A stretch of DNA of 64,000 nt from a bacterium (GCA_017433195.1 JAFRHR010000060.1:8258-72257); one strand, 5' to 3'. Shown: positions 19,071-28,915, numbered from the stretch's first letter. The notes: generated by a model from the sequence alone, not told the origin. A program made the numbers and translations.

Positions 19071-20003
19071 ATGGGGAATAGTGTATTGGAAGAAAAGGGT
19101 TTTATTATTGATTTGAGCAATACCGTCACATCTGAACAATTAGTTTCGGAATTGGGTTCAATTCTTGAATTGCCTGAAATCAAAAATAAAGCCGTTTGTT
19201 TAAAACTCGGAAATATCGATTTAAAACAGTCTCAGTTATTAAGCATTAAGGCATTAATTGAGTCTATGGAGTCAACAATTCAATCGGTTGTTACTTCTTC
19301 AAACGTTACTAAATTATCAGCAGAATCTTTAAATTTAGAAACCTCTGAATTTACGGCTCCTGCAAAAATAATTAAAGAAGAACCAAAAGCAGAAGTGACT
19401 GAAACTCAGGAACAAATTAAAACAGATTTTCTCGAAGAAAATCAATTACAACCAAATACTGTTATCGAAAATGAAGTAACGGGACAATTAGAGGAAATCT
19501 CCGAAATAATCCCGATGACAGAATCAAGTTTTCAAAACCTTGCAAAAAAAGAAGGTTTAATCGATGAAGCAAGTATGAAATACGTTCCTTTGGATACACA
19601 AGACGTTATTGAAGACGAAATCGAAGAAAAGAGTGATTCAACAGACAAAATGCCGACACTTTACATGACACAGACTTTACGTTCCGGACAAACTCTTAAC
19701 TACAACGGAAACGTAATAATAATCGGTGATGCTCACCCAGGTTCAGAAATAATTGCAAACGGTGACATCACAGTTTGGGGTGTTTTGGGCGGAATTGTTC
19801 ACGCAGGCGCTAACGGAAACACAAACGCTAAAATAAGAGCTTTAAAATTCAACGCAATTCAGATAAGAATTGCAGGTTTATATGCAAGACGTAACGATAC
19901 AATAAACGTCCCGTTCGTTCAGAAAACTTCCGAATTTACACCGGAAGAAGCAAGAATTGATAACAAACAGATAATTATTTATAAAACAATAAGGAGGGAT
20001 TAA
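19071..20003 (+). CDS. minC: septum site-determining protein MinC (long acidic linker)
   Basis: C-terminal beta-helix signature LRSGQTLNYNGNVIIIGDAHPGSEIIANGDITVWG.L.G.VHAG. Confidence 0.85.
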   Translation: MGNSVLEEKGFIIDLSNTVTSEQLVSELGSILELPEIKNKAVCLKLGNIDLKQSQLLSIKALIESMESTIQSVVTSSNVTKLSAESLNLETSEFTAPAKIIKEEPKAEVTETQEQIKTDFLEENQLQPNTVIENEVTGQLEEISEIIPMTESSFQNLAKKEGLIDEASMKYVPLDTQDVIEDEIEEKSDSTDKMPTLYMTQTLRSGQTLNYNGNVIIIGDAHPGSEIIANGDITVWGVLGGIVHAGANGNTNAKIRALKFNAIQIRIAGLYARRNDTINVPFVQKTSEFTPEEARIDNKQIIIYKTIRRD

Positions 20004-20818
20004 TGACCGGTCGTGTTATAGTTATTACTTCCGGAAAAGGCGGAGTAGGTAAAACCACAACAAGTGCAAATATCGGAACCGCTTTGGCAAAAGCCGGAAA
20101 CAAGGTCGTTTTAATAGATACTGATATAGGACTTCGTAACCTTGATTTATTATTAGGACTTGAAAACAGAATCGTTTACACAATTGTTGACGTTGTTGAA
20201 GAAAGATGCAAACTTAAACAGGCTCTTGTAAAAGACAAGAAAAACCCGAACCTTGCATTGTTAGCGGCAGCACAGACAAGAGATAAATCTGCTGTTACAC
20301 AAGATCAGTTAAAAGAAATTTGCGAAGAATTAAAGAAAAAATATGACTTTATTCTTCTTGATTGTCCGGCCGGTATTGAACAGGGATTCCAAAATGCAGT
20401 TGCAGGTGCAACCGAAGCAATAGTTGTTACAACACCTGAAATGTCAGCTGTAAGAGATGCGGACAGAATTATCGGTTTACTTGAAGCAAAAGAAGAAATC
20501 GAAAGTTACAAACTTCTTTTAAACAGAGTTCGTCCAAACCTCATCAAAGAAAATGATATGATGAGCGTTGAAGATGTTGTAGAAATTCTTTCCTGCAAAC
20601 TTATAGGTATTATTCCTGAAGATACAGGCATCATAACCTCAACAAACAAAGGGGAGCCTATCGTAAACGTTGAAAAATCACTTGCAGGTCAGGCATACAG
20701 AAACGTTGCTCAGAGAATTATGGGCGAAGACGTTCCGTTCCTTGAATTGGATAAACAGGAAAATCCGATTATTGCAAAAATAAAAGATATTTTTGCAAAA
20801 CTGAAAGGCAAGGTGTAA
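20003..20818 (+). CDS. minD: septum site-determining ATPase MinD
   Basis: Deviant Walker A SGKGGVGKTT. Start overlaps the minC stop. Confidence 0.95.
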   Translation: MTGRVIVITSGKGGVGKTTTSANIGTALAKAGNKVVLIDTDIGLRNLDLLLGLENRIVYTIVDVVEERCKLKQALVKDKKNPNLALLAAAQTRDKSAVTQDQLKEICEELKKKYDFILLDCPAGIEQGFQNAVAGATEAIVVTTPEMSAVRDADRIIGLLEAKEEIESYKLLLNRVRPNLIKENDMMSVEDVVEILSCKLIGIIPEDTGIITSTNKGEPIVNVEKSLAGQAYRNVAQRIMGEDVPFLELDKQENPIIAKIKDIFAKLKGKV

Positions 20819-20821
20819 TCT

Positions 20822-21427
20822 ATGAGAGATTTATTTGCCAATTTATATTCAAGAGTAGTAAGTTTTTTCAAATCTACGGAAGAAATAGGGGAACAGACAA
20901 AAGAAGTTGCAAGAAACAGACTTAAACTCGTTCTTATGCAGGACAGAACAAACTTAACTCCTGCAGTTTTGGAACGTATGAGAGGAGAACTCATAAACCT
21001 TTTATCCAAATATGTTGAACTCGATAAAGAATTACTTGAACTGAACTTTGAACAAGAGGGTGATCAGATGGCATTAATGCTTTCTATCCCTGTTGTAAGA
21101 GCAAAGACAGAAGAAGAAATTCAAAAAGCAATTCAGGAAGACGAAGCACTAAAAAATGTTGCTTTGGCTGATGACGAAGACGAAGATGACGAAGAAGGGG
21201 TAAAAGAAGAAACAGACGAAAATTCTGAAGAAAACGAAGAAGAATCTTCTGAAGATATAGAAGAAGAAAATTCCGAAGAATCAGAAGCCGAAGAAGGAGA
21301 AGAGGTAAAACAAGAAGAAGAAACTTCTGAGGAAACAAAAGAAGAAGGGGTAAATGAAGGGGTAAATGAAGGGGTAAATGAAGAACCCAAGAAATCAAAA
21401 AAGGATAACGAATCTGAAAAAGAATAA
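20822..21427 (+). CDS. minE: cell division topological specificity factor MinE with a ~110-aa acidic C-terminal extension
   Basis: Residues 1-~92 match MinE (ARNRLKLVLMQDR...ELLELNFEQEGDQMALMLSIPV). The remainder is E/D/S-rich and includes (GVNE)x3. Confidence 0.8.
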   Translation: MRDLFANLYSRVVSFFKSTEEIGEQTKEVARNRLKLVLMQDRTNLTPAVLERMRGELINLLSKYVELDKELLELNFEQEGDQMALMLSIPVVRAKTEEEIQKAIQEDEALKNVALADDEDEDDEEGVKEETDENSEENEEESSEDIEEENSEESEAEEGEEVKQEEETSEETKEEGVNEGVNEGVNEEPKKSKKDNESEKE

Positions 21428-21447
21428 ATAATATAAAAGATAAACAA

Positions 21448-21484
21448 AAGGCGGGATTTTGAAAATCAAAATCCCGCCTTTTAT
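21448..21484. terminator. bidirectional rho-independent terminator
   Basis: AAGGCGGGATTTT-7 nt-AAAATCCCGCCTT followed by a T run. Lies between convergent genes. Confidence 0.6.
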
Positions 21485-21496
21485 ATTTAACATATT

Positions 21497-22678
21497 TTAT
21501 TCATTTTCCTCTGTTTCAAACAACGCATCACTCAACGATTTTTCAAACACATCGGCACAGAAAAGAACCGATGTAGGAGAATAAATTTTATATTTGAGAT
21601 AATCGCTTTTGTACTCATTTAAAAGGCTTTCCATTGTGTAGTTTGTACCCAGAACTTCGTTTATAACATCGACAAAATTTGAATACTTATAAGATACTCT
21701 TTCAAGTATTTTATCGGATATTGAGGCGCTGTTTAAGAAGTATTCGATACATTCTTTTGCGTTTTTGACAATATTTTTGTCCTCAAAAATTTTGCAGAAT
21801 GTCTGATAGAACGGAATTGCATAAAGCCCGTAATCTTCGTCAAAAATTATACCGACATCATAACGTTCATCGTGTGATGAAAAGCCTTTCATAGAATTTT
21901 CAAGGAAGTTATTATAATCATTATTTAGTTCCTTAATTTTGAAAAATTCATAAGTTTCAGGAGTTGCAATTTTATCCGAAATATCGACTTTTTCTTCATC
22001 AGTCAGACTGTTAAATTCGCCTATAATATCGTCTGCATACTCATTTGTCGTCATTATCGTATCAGTTCCGAACACATTAACAAATTTCTTATACATCGTT
22101 TTTATATCGTCTTGTATGGTCTGCTCTTTTTCCGGATTATCCGCATAAACGAGTCTCGGATTTTGAACGGCCTTCATTATCGCATATCTTACCGCATCTT
22201 TTTCCTGAGTTGAGGATAAAACGTTTGTAATTTCTATAAGATAGTATTCGTCAAAATGCTTAAAAAATCTTGCAACAATATACTGTCCTATACCAATTCC
22301 TCTTAAAGAAGTCATTTTCATAAGAGTTTTTACACGGTAAGTCTTTTCATTTACCAAGTTATAGAGTTCAAATCCGTCTTTCATAAGACGTTTTACCTTA
22401 TATATAGAATACTGTGCATTCAAAAATTCATTTGAAATCGTATTATTTTTTTCATCGTTAAACAATTCCACAATCGTTTTTTTATATTCGTCTATATAAC
22501 GCTCAAAAGCGTAAGGAATAAAAACACTTTCCATTCTGTTCAGCGGAACGTCTTTTGCTCCTATGGTTGCTAAATACTCGTCAAAATCGGATTTTAGATT
22601 TTCTGTATTTAAAACATATTCATACAAGTCTTTAAGTGCCTGTGTAATTTCCCCGATAGTATCAATTGCTGTCGTCAT
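21497..22678 (-). CDS. hypothetical protein (393 aa)
   Basis: Long uninterrupted ORF with a terminator downstream. No family recognised. Confidence 0.5.
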   Translation of the reverse strand: MTTAIDTIGEITQALKDLYEYVLNTENLKSDFDEYLATIGAKDVPLNRMESVFIPYAFERYIDEYKKTIVELFNDEKNNTISNEFLNAQYSIYKVKRLMKDGFELYNLVNEKTYRVKTLMKMTSLRGIGIGQYIVARFFKHFDEYYLIEITNVLSSTQEKDAVRYAIMKAVQNPRLVYADNPEKEQTIQDDIKTMYKKFVNVFGTDTIMTTNEYADDIIGEFNSLTDEEKVDISDKIATPETYEFFKIKELNNDYNNFLENSMKGFSSHDERYDVGIIFDEDYGLYAIPFYQTFCKIFEDKNIVKNAKECIEYFLNSASISDKILERVSYKYSNFVDVINEVLGTNYTMESLLNEYKSDYLKYKIYSPTSVLFCADVFEKSLSDALFETEENE

Positions 22679-22857
22679 AAGATCTCCTTATTTGTAATAA
22701 GGATAACTTGAATAATCAAAAGTTGCAAGTTACTCACAAGGGTAATAGGGAGTAAACAGATTGACATGTATAAATTCCACTTTTTCCAAACAAAACCGAA
22801 AAAGTTTACTCAAACTACTTTAAAGTTTATTTTGTATTCAAAAGCTCAAGATAAATC

Positions 22858-23352
22858 TTAAAACCCTTTTATCACATTTAAAGTATTATTTTTAATAGAC
22901 TGAACTTCATATCCTGCATTATTTACAGAATTAATCATTCTAAAAATTTTGTTTGGTGTTACTGCATTTTGCTTTTTAATATCTACTGACTGTTTTGTTT
23001 TATATATATTACAAACATAGTTATATGCCGCTTGAGCATCTGAATCAGGAACGACATACGATAATTCTTGTTTTACATTTTCAGACTTAATCACTTTGTC
23101 ATTGTTATCGTATACTATTATTTTTTGAACCCCTGTTGTGTTATTGGAACAATCAGATTTCATCAACATTTTTTTATAACCATTTACAGTATTAGTTTTT
23201 ATCCAGTATAAATACTGAGAATCTTGATTTGTTATAGAAGACGTGTCTATATATAATGACCTGTCTTTACTTTGAATTTCCTGCCAAACCGCATCTGAAA
23301 ATGCCGGTAACATAATAATCGAAAATAATACAACTAATAAAAATTTTTTCAT
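22858..23352 (-). CDS. secreted hypothetical protein
   Basis: Signal peptide MKKFLLVVLFSIIMLPAFS. The W.EI.....LYIDTSSI...YLYWIK...DC pattern is faintly like surface-adhesin-E-type small domains. Confidence 0.45.
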   Translation of the reverse strand: MKKFLLVVLFSIIMLPAFSDAVWQEIQSKDRSLYIDTSSITNQDSQYLYWIKTNTVNGYKKMLMKSDCSNNTTGVQKIIVYDNNDKVIKSENVKQELSYVVPDSDAQAAYNYVCNIYKTKQSVDIKKQNAVTPNKIFRMINSVNNAGYEVQSIKNNTLNVIKGF

Positions 23353-23367
23353 AACTATACTCCTTTT

Positions 23368-24438
23368 TTAATTCATAAAATCGTCAATTTCTTGATTATG
23401 CTGTTGTGTTTGAGTTGGTTTTACTTGTTGTACAACAACACAATTTTTAGGCATAACAAGTTGTTTTTTAGGTTGAGTTACAGCTTGTACAGACTTTGAA
23501 GTTGATTCTTTAGCTTGATTTTCTTTTACAAAGCGTTTGTAATCTTCTTCGCTCATATCAACAAAATCGCTATTTTCTTCGGCAATGGGCTCTTGTATTG
23601 TAATTGTATTATTGCTTAATGGAGTCTTTATTTCTTGTTGCGTTGATACGAATAATATTAGCATTAATAAAACAACTATAATTATAGAAATTGCTATACA
23701 GTTTCCTACAATTGCCCACTTTTTTTGTGTTTTATTAAATTCTTCAACTGTTGCCCATTCCTTATTCTTCCAAGCCCATTCATTTCCTTTTGCTCCACAT
23801 ACAAACATCCATATAAAGCCAAAATACGGAATTAATGCCCACAATGTTTTAAAACTTTTGTTTCCTATTCCCCAAATCCATGAAAGCCAAAAGGCACCCC
23901 AGTTCCATTGTTTTATATTATCTGGGATATCATTATTCATGCTACTCTCATTTATTGTAGAATTAGAATTTTCTTGCATCCTACTATTCTTTAATAATGT
24001 TTGCGCAATAGATAGGACATTACCAATACTACGATTTTCATTCTCTTCATTTTTACTCAAATTAGGCAATGTTAGCGCCCATACTAAACTACCTACCCAA
24101 GCAACAACAGTCCACCCTAATAATAGATTAATCGCAAATATTGCAGCGGTATATTGCGTTCTTTTTCTATCAGCAATTAAGGATGGCAACAAATAAAGAT
24201 GCAATGATAAATATATGTATAGTATTACTAACATTGCTCCATCGTTATAACCAATAGTGAACATACATATAATAACTATTATGCAAATAATCGCTTCAAT
24301 AAAACCTCCAATATGTAAACTACTTTTTGGCTTATCTTTATCTTGTATAACGAGCCATTCTCCGCAATATTTGCATTTTTTTACATTTATAGGAATTGTA
24401 CTTCCACAGTATGGGCATGATTTTGTTTCTTCTGACAT
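23368..24438 (-). CDS. zinc-ribbon / superinfection-immunity(Imm)-like / DUF2628-like multi-pass membrane protein
   Basis: CPYCGS...CKYCGEW zinc ribbon. LYLLPSLIADRKR...AINLLLGWTVVAWVGSLVWAL matches the T4 Imm-type motif. WNWGAFWLSWIWGI...GAKGNEWAW is a second membrane module. Confidence 0.55.
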   Translation of the reverse strand: MSEETKSCPYCGSTIPINVKKCKYCGEWLVIQDKDKPKSSLHIGGFIEAIICIIVIICMFTIGYNDGAMLVILYIYLSLHLYLLPSLIADRKRTQYTAAIFAINLLLGWTVVAWVGSLVWALTLPNLSKNEENENRSIGNVLSIAQTLLKNSRMQENSNSTINESSMNNDIPDNIKQWNWGAFWLSWIWGIGNKSFKTLWALIPYFGFIWMFVCGAKGNEWAWKNKEWATVEEFNKTQKKWAIVGNCIAISIIIVVLLMLILFVSTQQEIKTPLSNNTITIQEPIAEENSDFVDMSEEDYKRFVKENQAKESTSKSVQAVTQPKKQLVMPKNCVVVQQVKPTQTQQHNQEIDDFMN

Positions 24439-24581
24439 ATTTATAAACTCCTTTTAATTAACAATAATTATTATACAAAAAATATAAAAACATGTAAACA
24501 CATGTACAACAAGTATTTTACCCATATATTGTAGAATGTATTCGACTGATAAATTGTGGATTATATCCTACAATTTTTAAC

Positions 24582-24791
24582 ATGGGCATTAAAAAGGTAC
24601 AAAATGAGATAGGGAGAAGATTAAAACAATTACGACAAGAACAAAACTTATCGCAAGAATATGTTGCCGCAGAAGTAAAAATTTCCCGAGACCATTTATC
24701 CAATTTAGAAAACGGCAAATTTCCAATAAATATAAAAACACTGTATAAACTTGCTGAATTTTATAACGTAGATTTAAAGTTTTTCTTTTAG
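24582..24791 (+). CDS. XRE-family helix-turn-helix regulator
   Basis: IGRRLKQLRQEQNLSQEYVAAEVKISRDHLSNLENGK is a classic HTH_3 pattern. 69 aa. Confidence 0.75.
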   Translation: MGIKKVQNEIGRRLKQLRQEQNLSQEYVAAEVKISRDHLSNLENGKFPINIKTLYKLAEFYNVDLKFFF

Positions 24792-24800
24792 TATGTTTTG

Positions 24801-25154
24801 TTATTTATTAATAATTTCGTTGTTGTCGTCCAAAAGTACAATATTGGGCTTGTAATCCTTTAATTCATCATCACTGAAACTTGCATAAGAAACAATGATA
24901 ACTTTATCCCCGACCTGAACTTTTCTTGCTGCTGCACCGTTTAAGCAGAAGCATTTTGAACCTCTTTCGCCTTTTATAACGTATGTCTGGAAACGTTCCC
25001 CGTTATTTATATCAAGAATTTCAACCTTCTGCCATTCAAGAATTTTGGCTTTTTCAAGTATTCCCTCATCTATGGTAATAGAGCCGACATAGTTTAAATT
25101 TGCATCGGTAACAGTGGCTCTGTGTATTTTTGAATACAAAAATTCTCTTTGCAT
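24801..25154 (-). CDS. panD: aspartate 1-decarboxylase
   Basis: [22 protein letters not shown] (Gly-Ser self-processing site), then ...NGAAAR. Confidence 0.9.
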   Translation of the reverse strand: MQREFLYSKIHRATVTDANLNYVGSITIDEGILEKAKILEWQKVEILDINNGERFQTYVIKGERGSKCFCLNGAAARKVQVGDKVIIVSYASFSDDELKDYKPNIVLLDDNNEIINK

Positions 25155-25266
25155 ATTTATACCTCGTAATTTTATACTACTACCGACAAACTCAAAAGTA
25201 AAATGAGCAAACTTTACTGTAATTATTAAAAAAAAACATCTAACCTATCCCCCCCATTTACCCCAC

Positions 25267-25297
25267 TTGACACTCAGGTTTTAGCCGACAATAATAT
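25267..25297 (+). promoter_or_regulatory. candidate sigma-70 promoter for rplU-rpmA
   Basis: TTGACA, 17-nt spacer, then AATAAT/TAATAT, about 70 nt upstream of rplU. Confidence 0.3.
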
Positions 25298-25365
25298 ATA
25301 TTGTAGATAGGTTGATCGTTTTAAAACCGTTAAGGTTACGATTCCTCAAAAGAAAGGATAAAAAG

Positions 25366-25725
25366 ATGTACGCTATAGTCGAAACAGGTGGCAAACAATA
25401 TCAAGTCGAAGAAGGTCGTTACGTTGATGTTGAATTGCTTGAAGGTGAAAAAGATTCTAAAGTCGTTTTTGACAAAGTAGTTATGTTAGTAAACGGCAAA
25501 AAATCAAAAGTAGGACAACCCTACGTTAAAAATGCCAGTGCTGAAGGCACTATTATGAGCAACGGTAAGTCAAAGAAAATCATAGTTTTCAAACAAAGAC
25601 CTAAAAAAGGTTACAGAAGAAAATTCGGTCACAGACAGGAATTTTCAAGAGTTATGATTAACAAAATCAGAACAACTGCAGCAAAATCAAAATCAGCTGA
25701 AGCTGCTGAAACTACCGAAGCATAA
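25366..25725 (+). CDS. rplU: 50S ribosomal protein L21
   Basis: MYAIVETGGKQYQVEEG at an internal ATG preceded by AAAGGA. The ORF-track start at 25312 is probably too far upstream. Confidence 0.9.
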   Translation: MYAIVETGGKQYQVEEGRYVDVELLEGEKDSKVVFDKVVMLVNGKKSKVGQPYVKNASAEGTIMSNGKSKKIIVFKQRPKKGYRRKFGHRQEFSRVMINKIRTTAAKSKSAEAAETTEA

Positions 25726-25755
25726 GATACGATATAACTAAAGGAGAATAAGGAA

Positions 25756-26016
25756 ATGGCACATAAGAAAGGTATGGGATCAACCCGTAACGGCAGAGAC
25801 TCCGAAGCGAAGCGCTTGGGTGTTAAGAAGTTCGGCGGAGAATCCGTTAAAGCAGGAAATATAATCGTTCGTCAAAGAGGAACAAAAGTTCATCCGGGTG
25901 AAAACGTAGGTATCGGCTCTGATGATACATTATTTGCTCTTATCGACGGAGAAGTTAAGTTTGAATCATTCAGACGTGACAGAAAGAAAGTAAGTGTTTA
26001 CGCTTCTGCAAAGTAA
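25756..26016 (+). CDS. rpmA: 50S ribosomal protein L27
   Basis: [27 protein letters not shown]...[13 protein letters not shown]. Confidence 0.95.
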   Translation: MAHKKGMGSTRNGRDSEAKRLGVKKFGGESVKAGNIIVRQRGTKVHPGENVGIGSDDTLFALIDGEVKFESFRRDRKKVSVYASAK

Positions 26017-26034
26017 CACTTGATTAGAATAACA

Positions 26035-26072
26035 AAAAAGCGGGTTTTCAAAATTGAAAACCCGCTTTTTAT
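26035..26072. terminator. bidirectional rho-independent terminator
   Basis: AAAAGCGGGTTTTC-7 nt-GAAAACCCGCTTTT. Lies between convergent rpmA and lpxB. Confidence 0.6.
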
Positions 26073-26083
26073 ATAACTGATTT

Positions 26084-27205
26084 TTATTTCAAGGCTTCAT
26101 TTATAATCTGAGCAACTTCTAAACTCGAATTTTTATCCGAAAGCAAAGTTCTTACCTCTTTTAATTCGGAAATATGTTTTTCTCTTAATTCTTTATCATA
26201 GAGTAGTTTTTCTATCTCATAAGAAACAGACTCTGCGTTCAGCCTGTGCTGAATTAATTCCGGCACGATATCTTTTCCTGTTATTATATTCGGCAAAGAT
26301 ACTTTTTTAATACATCTTACACACAAATATATCAGATAAAAAAGCCATGGACCTTTATATGCAATAATCATAGGGGTCTGATAAAGTGCGGCTTCAAGTG
26401 CAACTGTCCCCGATGCCAAAATCAGAGCATCAGAAACACTTAAAAGTGCCTGATTTTCACCTTTTATAACAGTAAACGGGGAATCTTTCAGATATTTTGA
26501 ATAAACATCATCGCTGAGATTTGGAGCATGAGAAATACAAAACTGCAAATCAGGATGTTTTTTCTTTAATATTGCAGCCGATTTCAAAAATACCTTCATA
26601 AGATTTTTGAGTTCAAAAACCCTTGAACCCGGAAAAATTGATATAAGTTTTTTATTTACATCAAGTCCGTGCTTTGCAAAAAATTCTTCTTTGTTTGCCT
26701 TATCGGGCAACTGAGAAATAAGCGGGTGTCCGCAGTAGTGCGTTTCTATTCCGTATTCTTTATACATTTTTTCTTCAAACGGAAAAATGCATAAGACCTT
26801 ATCAATATTTTTCTTTATAGTTTTAATTCTCCACTTGCGGCTTGCCCACAATTGCGGAGGAATATAAAAATACAATTTTATCCCTTTTTTCTTTAAAATT
26901 TTGGAAACATTCAGATTAAACACCCCGTAATCGACCATAATAACCAAATCGGGTTTAAATACATTTGTTATATAATCAACAAGTCTTTTTCCCAGCATAA
27001 TGTGGTTAAAGATAATTGCGGGAGACAAACCAACAGCACTCATTTTGGAATGGTCAGAGAAAAGTTTTACCCCTGTATTTTTTAAATTCTGACCGCCGAT
27101 ACCCTCGATTTCAACATCGGGGTTTAACTCTTTCAAATGCTTAACTACATTACTTGCGTGGATATCACCTGAATATTCGCCTGTAATTATAAAAACTTTT
27201 TTCAT
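26084..27205 (-). CDS. lpxB: lipid-A-disaccharide synthase
   Basis: N-terminal KVFIITGEYSGDIHASNVVKHLK. 373 aa with a GT19-like layout. Confidence 0.85.
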   Translation of the reverse strand: MKKVFIITGEYSGDIHASNVVKHLKELNPDVEIEGIGGQNLKNTGVKLFSDHSKMSAVGLSPAIIFNHIMLGKRLVDYITNVFKPDLVIMVDYGVFNLNVSKILKKKGIKLYFYIPPQLWASRKWRIKTIKKNIDKVLCIFPFEEKMYKEYGIETHYCGHPLISQLPDKANKEEFFAKHGLDVNKKLISIFPGSRVFELKNLMKVFLKSAAILKKKHPDLQFCISHAPNLSDDVYSKYLKDSPFTVIKGENQALLSVSDALILASGTVALEAALYQTPMIIAYKGPWLFYLIYLCVRCIKKVSLPNIITGKDIVPELIQHRLNAESVSYEIEKLLYDKELREKHISELKEVRTLLSDKNSSLEVAQIINEALK

Positions 27206-27214
27206 AAGCCCTCA

Positions 27215-28030
27215 TTAAACAGCCATAATTACAACACCGTGTTTATCGGCATATTTTACGACTTCTTCCTGGTTTATAATAATAGTTTCATTGGCTTCTA
27301 AAGCAATTAAATCTGCTTTATATTTAATCATTGTTTTAAGAGTTTTCAAACCAATTGTTGGAATATCAAATCTCTTATCCTGTTTTGGTTTTGAAACTTT
27401 GACAATTCTCGCACCTTTTTTGGCAATTTTACAACCTCTTGTGATACATTTGTCAGTACCTTCAATTGCCTCAACCGCCATAATCATTTTGTCCTTGATT
27501 ACAACAGACTGACCTATATCGAGTTTTCCGACTTCTTTTGCAAGCCAGTATCCGTAATTTACATCATCCAACTGCTCCTGAGTCGGCTGAACTTTGCCCA
27601 AAACACCTGACGGAATCATCAGATTTTTTATAAACAAAGTCTGATCAAGAATTTCCATCCCCAGATTATTAAATTCTTCAATAATCATAAGCATAATTTT
27701 GTCATCATTAAGTCTTACGGCTTTTTTAATAAAATCAATAGCTCTTGAATCAAACTTCGGTCTTTTTAAAAGAACTCTTTTGTTTACTTTTCCCAAAAAA
27801 GTAATTTGTTTTACATTTTCATCCTTTAAGGCTTTTTCTATTTTGAAAGTTTCACCAGGACAAAAAGAATAGACTTTTGAACAGTATTTCTTTAATTCTT
27901 TATAGTTATCAGGCGACAAAGAAATTGCTATAACTTCAAACCCGTTTTCCTGTGCCGCTTTAGCCATTTTTACGGGCAAACATCCGTCTCCTGCTATTAA
28001 CCCCTGAACATGTTCTAATGATATTGCCAT
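27215..28030 (-). CDS. lpxI: LpxI-family UDP-2,3-diacylglucosamine hydrolase (DUF1009)
   Basis: LIAGDG.LP, GQSVVIKD..I.AVEAIEGTD.CI.RG and KPKQDKRFDIPTIG. Immediately upstream of lpxB. Confidence 0.7.
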   Translation of the reverse strand: MAISLEHVQGLIAGDGCLPVKMAKAAQENGFEVIAISLSPDNYKELKKYCSKVYSFCPGETFKIEKALKDENVKQITFLGKVNKRVLLKRPKFDSRAIDFIKKAVRLNDDKIMLMIIEEFNNLGMEILDQTLFIKNLMIPSGVLGKVQPTQEQLDDVNYGYWLAKEVGKLDIGQSVVIKDKMIMAVEAIEGTDKCITRGCKIAKKGARIVKVSKPKQDKRFDIPTIGLKTLKTMIKYKADLIALEANETIIINQEEVVKYADKHGVVIMAV

Positions 28031-28303
28031 ACGTTCCTCTCAATTCTTTCTAAATTTTACTATAAAAAAATAATTATGTGAAATTTTGTCATAATTTAAT
28101 CAAAGCCCTTGATTAAAGTGATTTTTAGGCATAGAATTTTATTGTTATGAACTCAAAAAATAAAATAAGTTATCTTAAAAACAAAAAAGCAAAGAAGAAA
28201 TTCACTGTTAACACTAAAAATATGGGTGTTAATATAGACAAAAACGAATTTTATGAAATCGTTTTATCCAATTCAGCAAACCCCGATAAATTTTAAACTT
28301 TAA

Positions 28304-28819
28304 TTATTTCCAATCTCTTATATCTTCGCCTGAAAGCTTATAGCCTGATATTTTGTATTTTGCAGTTTCTTTTTTGAGTAAATGTCCGTCAATTACGGAA
28401 TAAGTTTCAAGAATTAAATCATTTATTCCGGTAAAAGTTTCACCGTTCATACGCAAGGTAACTATATCGGTTAATCTTTTATTGTCATATCTGCTCACTC
28501 TCGTAAAAGCAATTAAATTCCCTTCCGTTGTATTTAATGAGACTGTTGAATCAACATTTGAAAAAGGATTGCTCAAAGTTATCTCGTTTCCAACACGTGA
28601 TAAGGTCCAGAGACACGTGCTTATCGGCTTAAAAGTATGATAATTGCTTGTTTCAATTATTCCTGCTTCAACTTTCCAGCTGCCGTAAAGAGTTTTAGGC
28701 ACTTTATCAATTGAAACCCCGGCCTCCAAAACGTAAGGTTTTTGAGCATACGCAGAGTTTACACCCAAGAAGGCGGTAACAATCATCAAACTTATCAGAA
28801 ATTTTAAAAATTTACTCAT
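28304..28819 (-). CDS. secreted hypothetical protein
   Basis: Signal peptide MSKFLKFLISLMIVTAFLGVNSAYA. Beta-rich. No family recognised. Confidence 0.45.
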   Translation of the reverse strand: MSKFLKFLISLMIVTAFLGVNSAYAQKPYVLEAGVSIDKVPKTLYGSWKVEAGIIETSNYHTFKPISTCLWTLSRVGNEITLSNPFSNVDSTVSLNTTEGNLIAFTRVSRYDNKRLTDIVTLRMNGETFTGINDLILETYSVIDGHLLKKETAKYKISGYKLSGEDIRDWK

Positions 28820-28915
28820 ACACTAAAGTATAATAAATTTTTTGAATTTGGCAAATTTTTTTAAATAAAATTTGTCATGATTTTTTTTTAAAGTTATAAT
28901 TTTGTCAGGTGAGAT

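Noticed and set aside
18910-19116. A 68-aa ORF upstream of and overlapping the minC start.
   Set aside because: It lies in the promoter/leader region between divergent rpmE and minC, overlaps the minC start, and is low-complexity with no RBS.
21084-21447. Two 104-aa minus-strand ORFs (L/S/F-rich) lie opposite the minE acidic tail.
   Set aside because: They are mirror images of the GAA/GAT-rich repeat coding sequence. An open antisense frame is expected from that codon bias alone.
23368-24791. The XRE regulator + Imm-like gene pair, considered as a prophage remnant.
   Set aside because: There are no integrase, capsid, tail, terminase or lysis genes nearby, and no flanking repeats. The neighbouring genes are ordinary chromosomal ones (panD, rplU).
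28147-28296. A 49-aa K/N-rich ORF (MNSKNKISYLKNKKAKKKF...) in the gap upstream of lpxI.
   Set aside because: It has no Shine-Dalgarno, its composition is what AT-rich non-coding DNA would give, and it has no recognisable motif.
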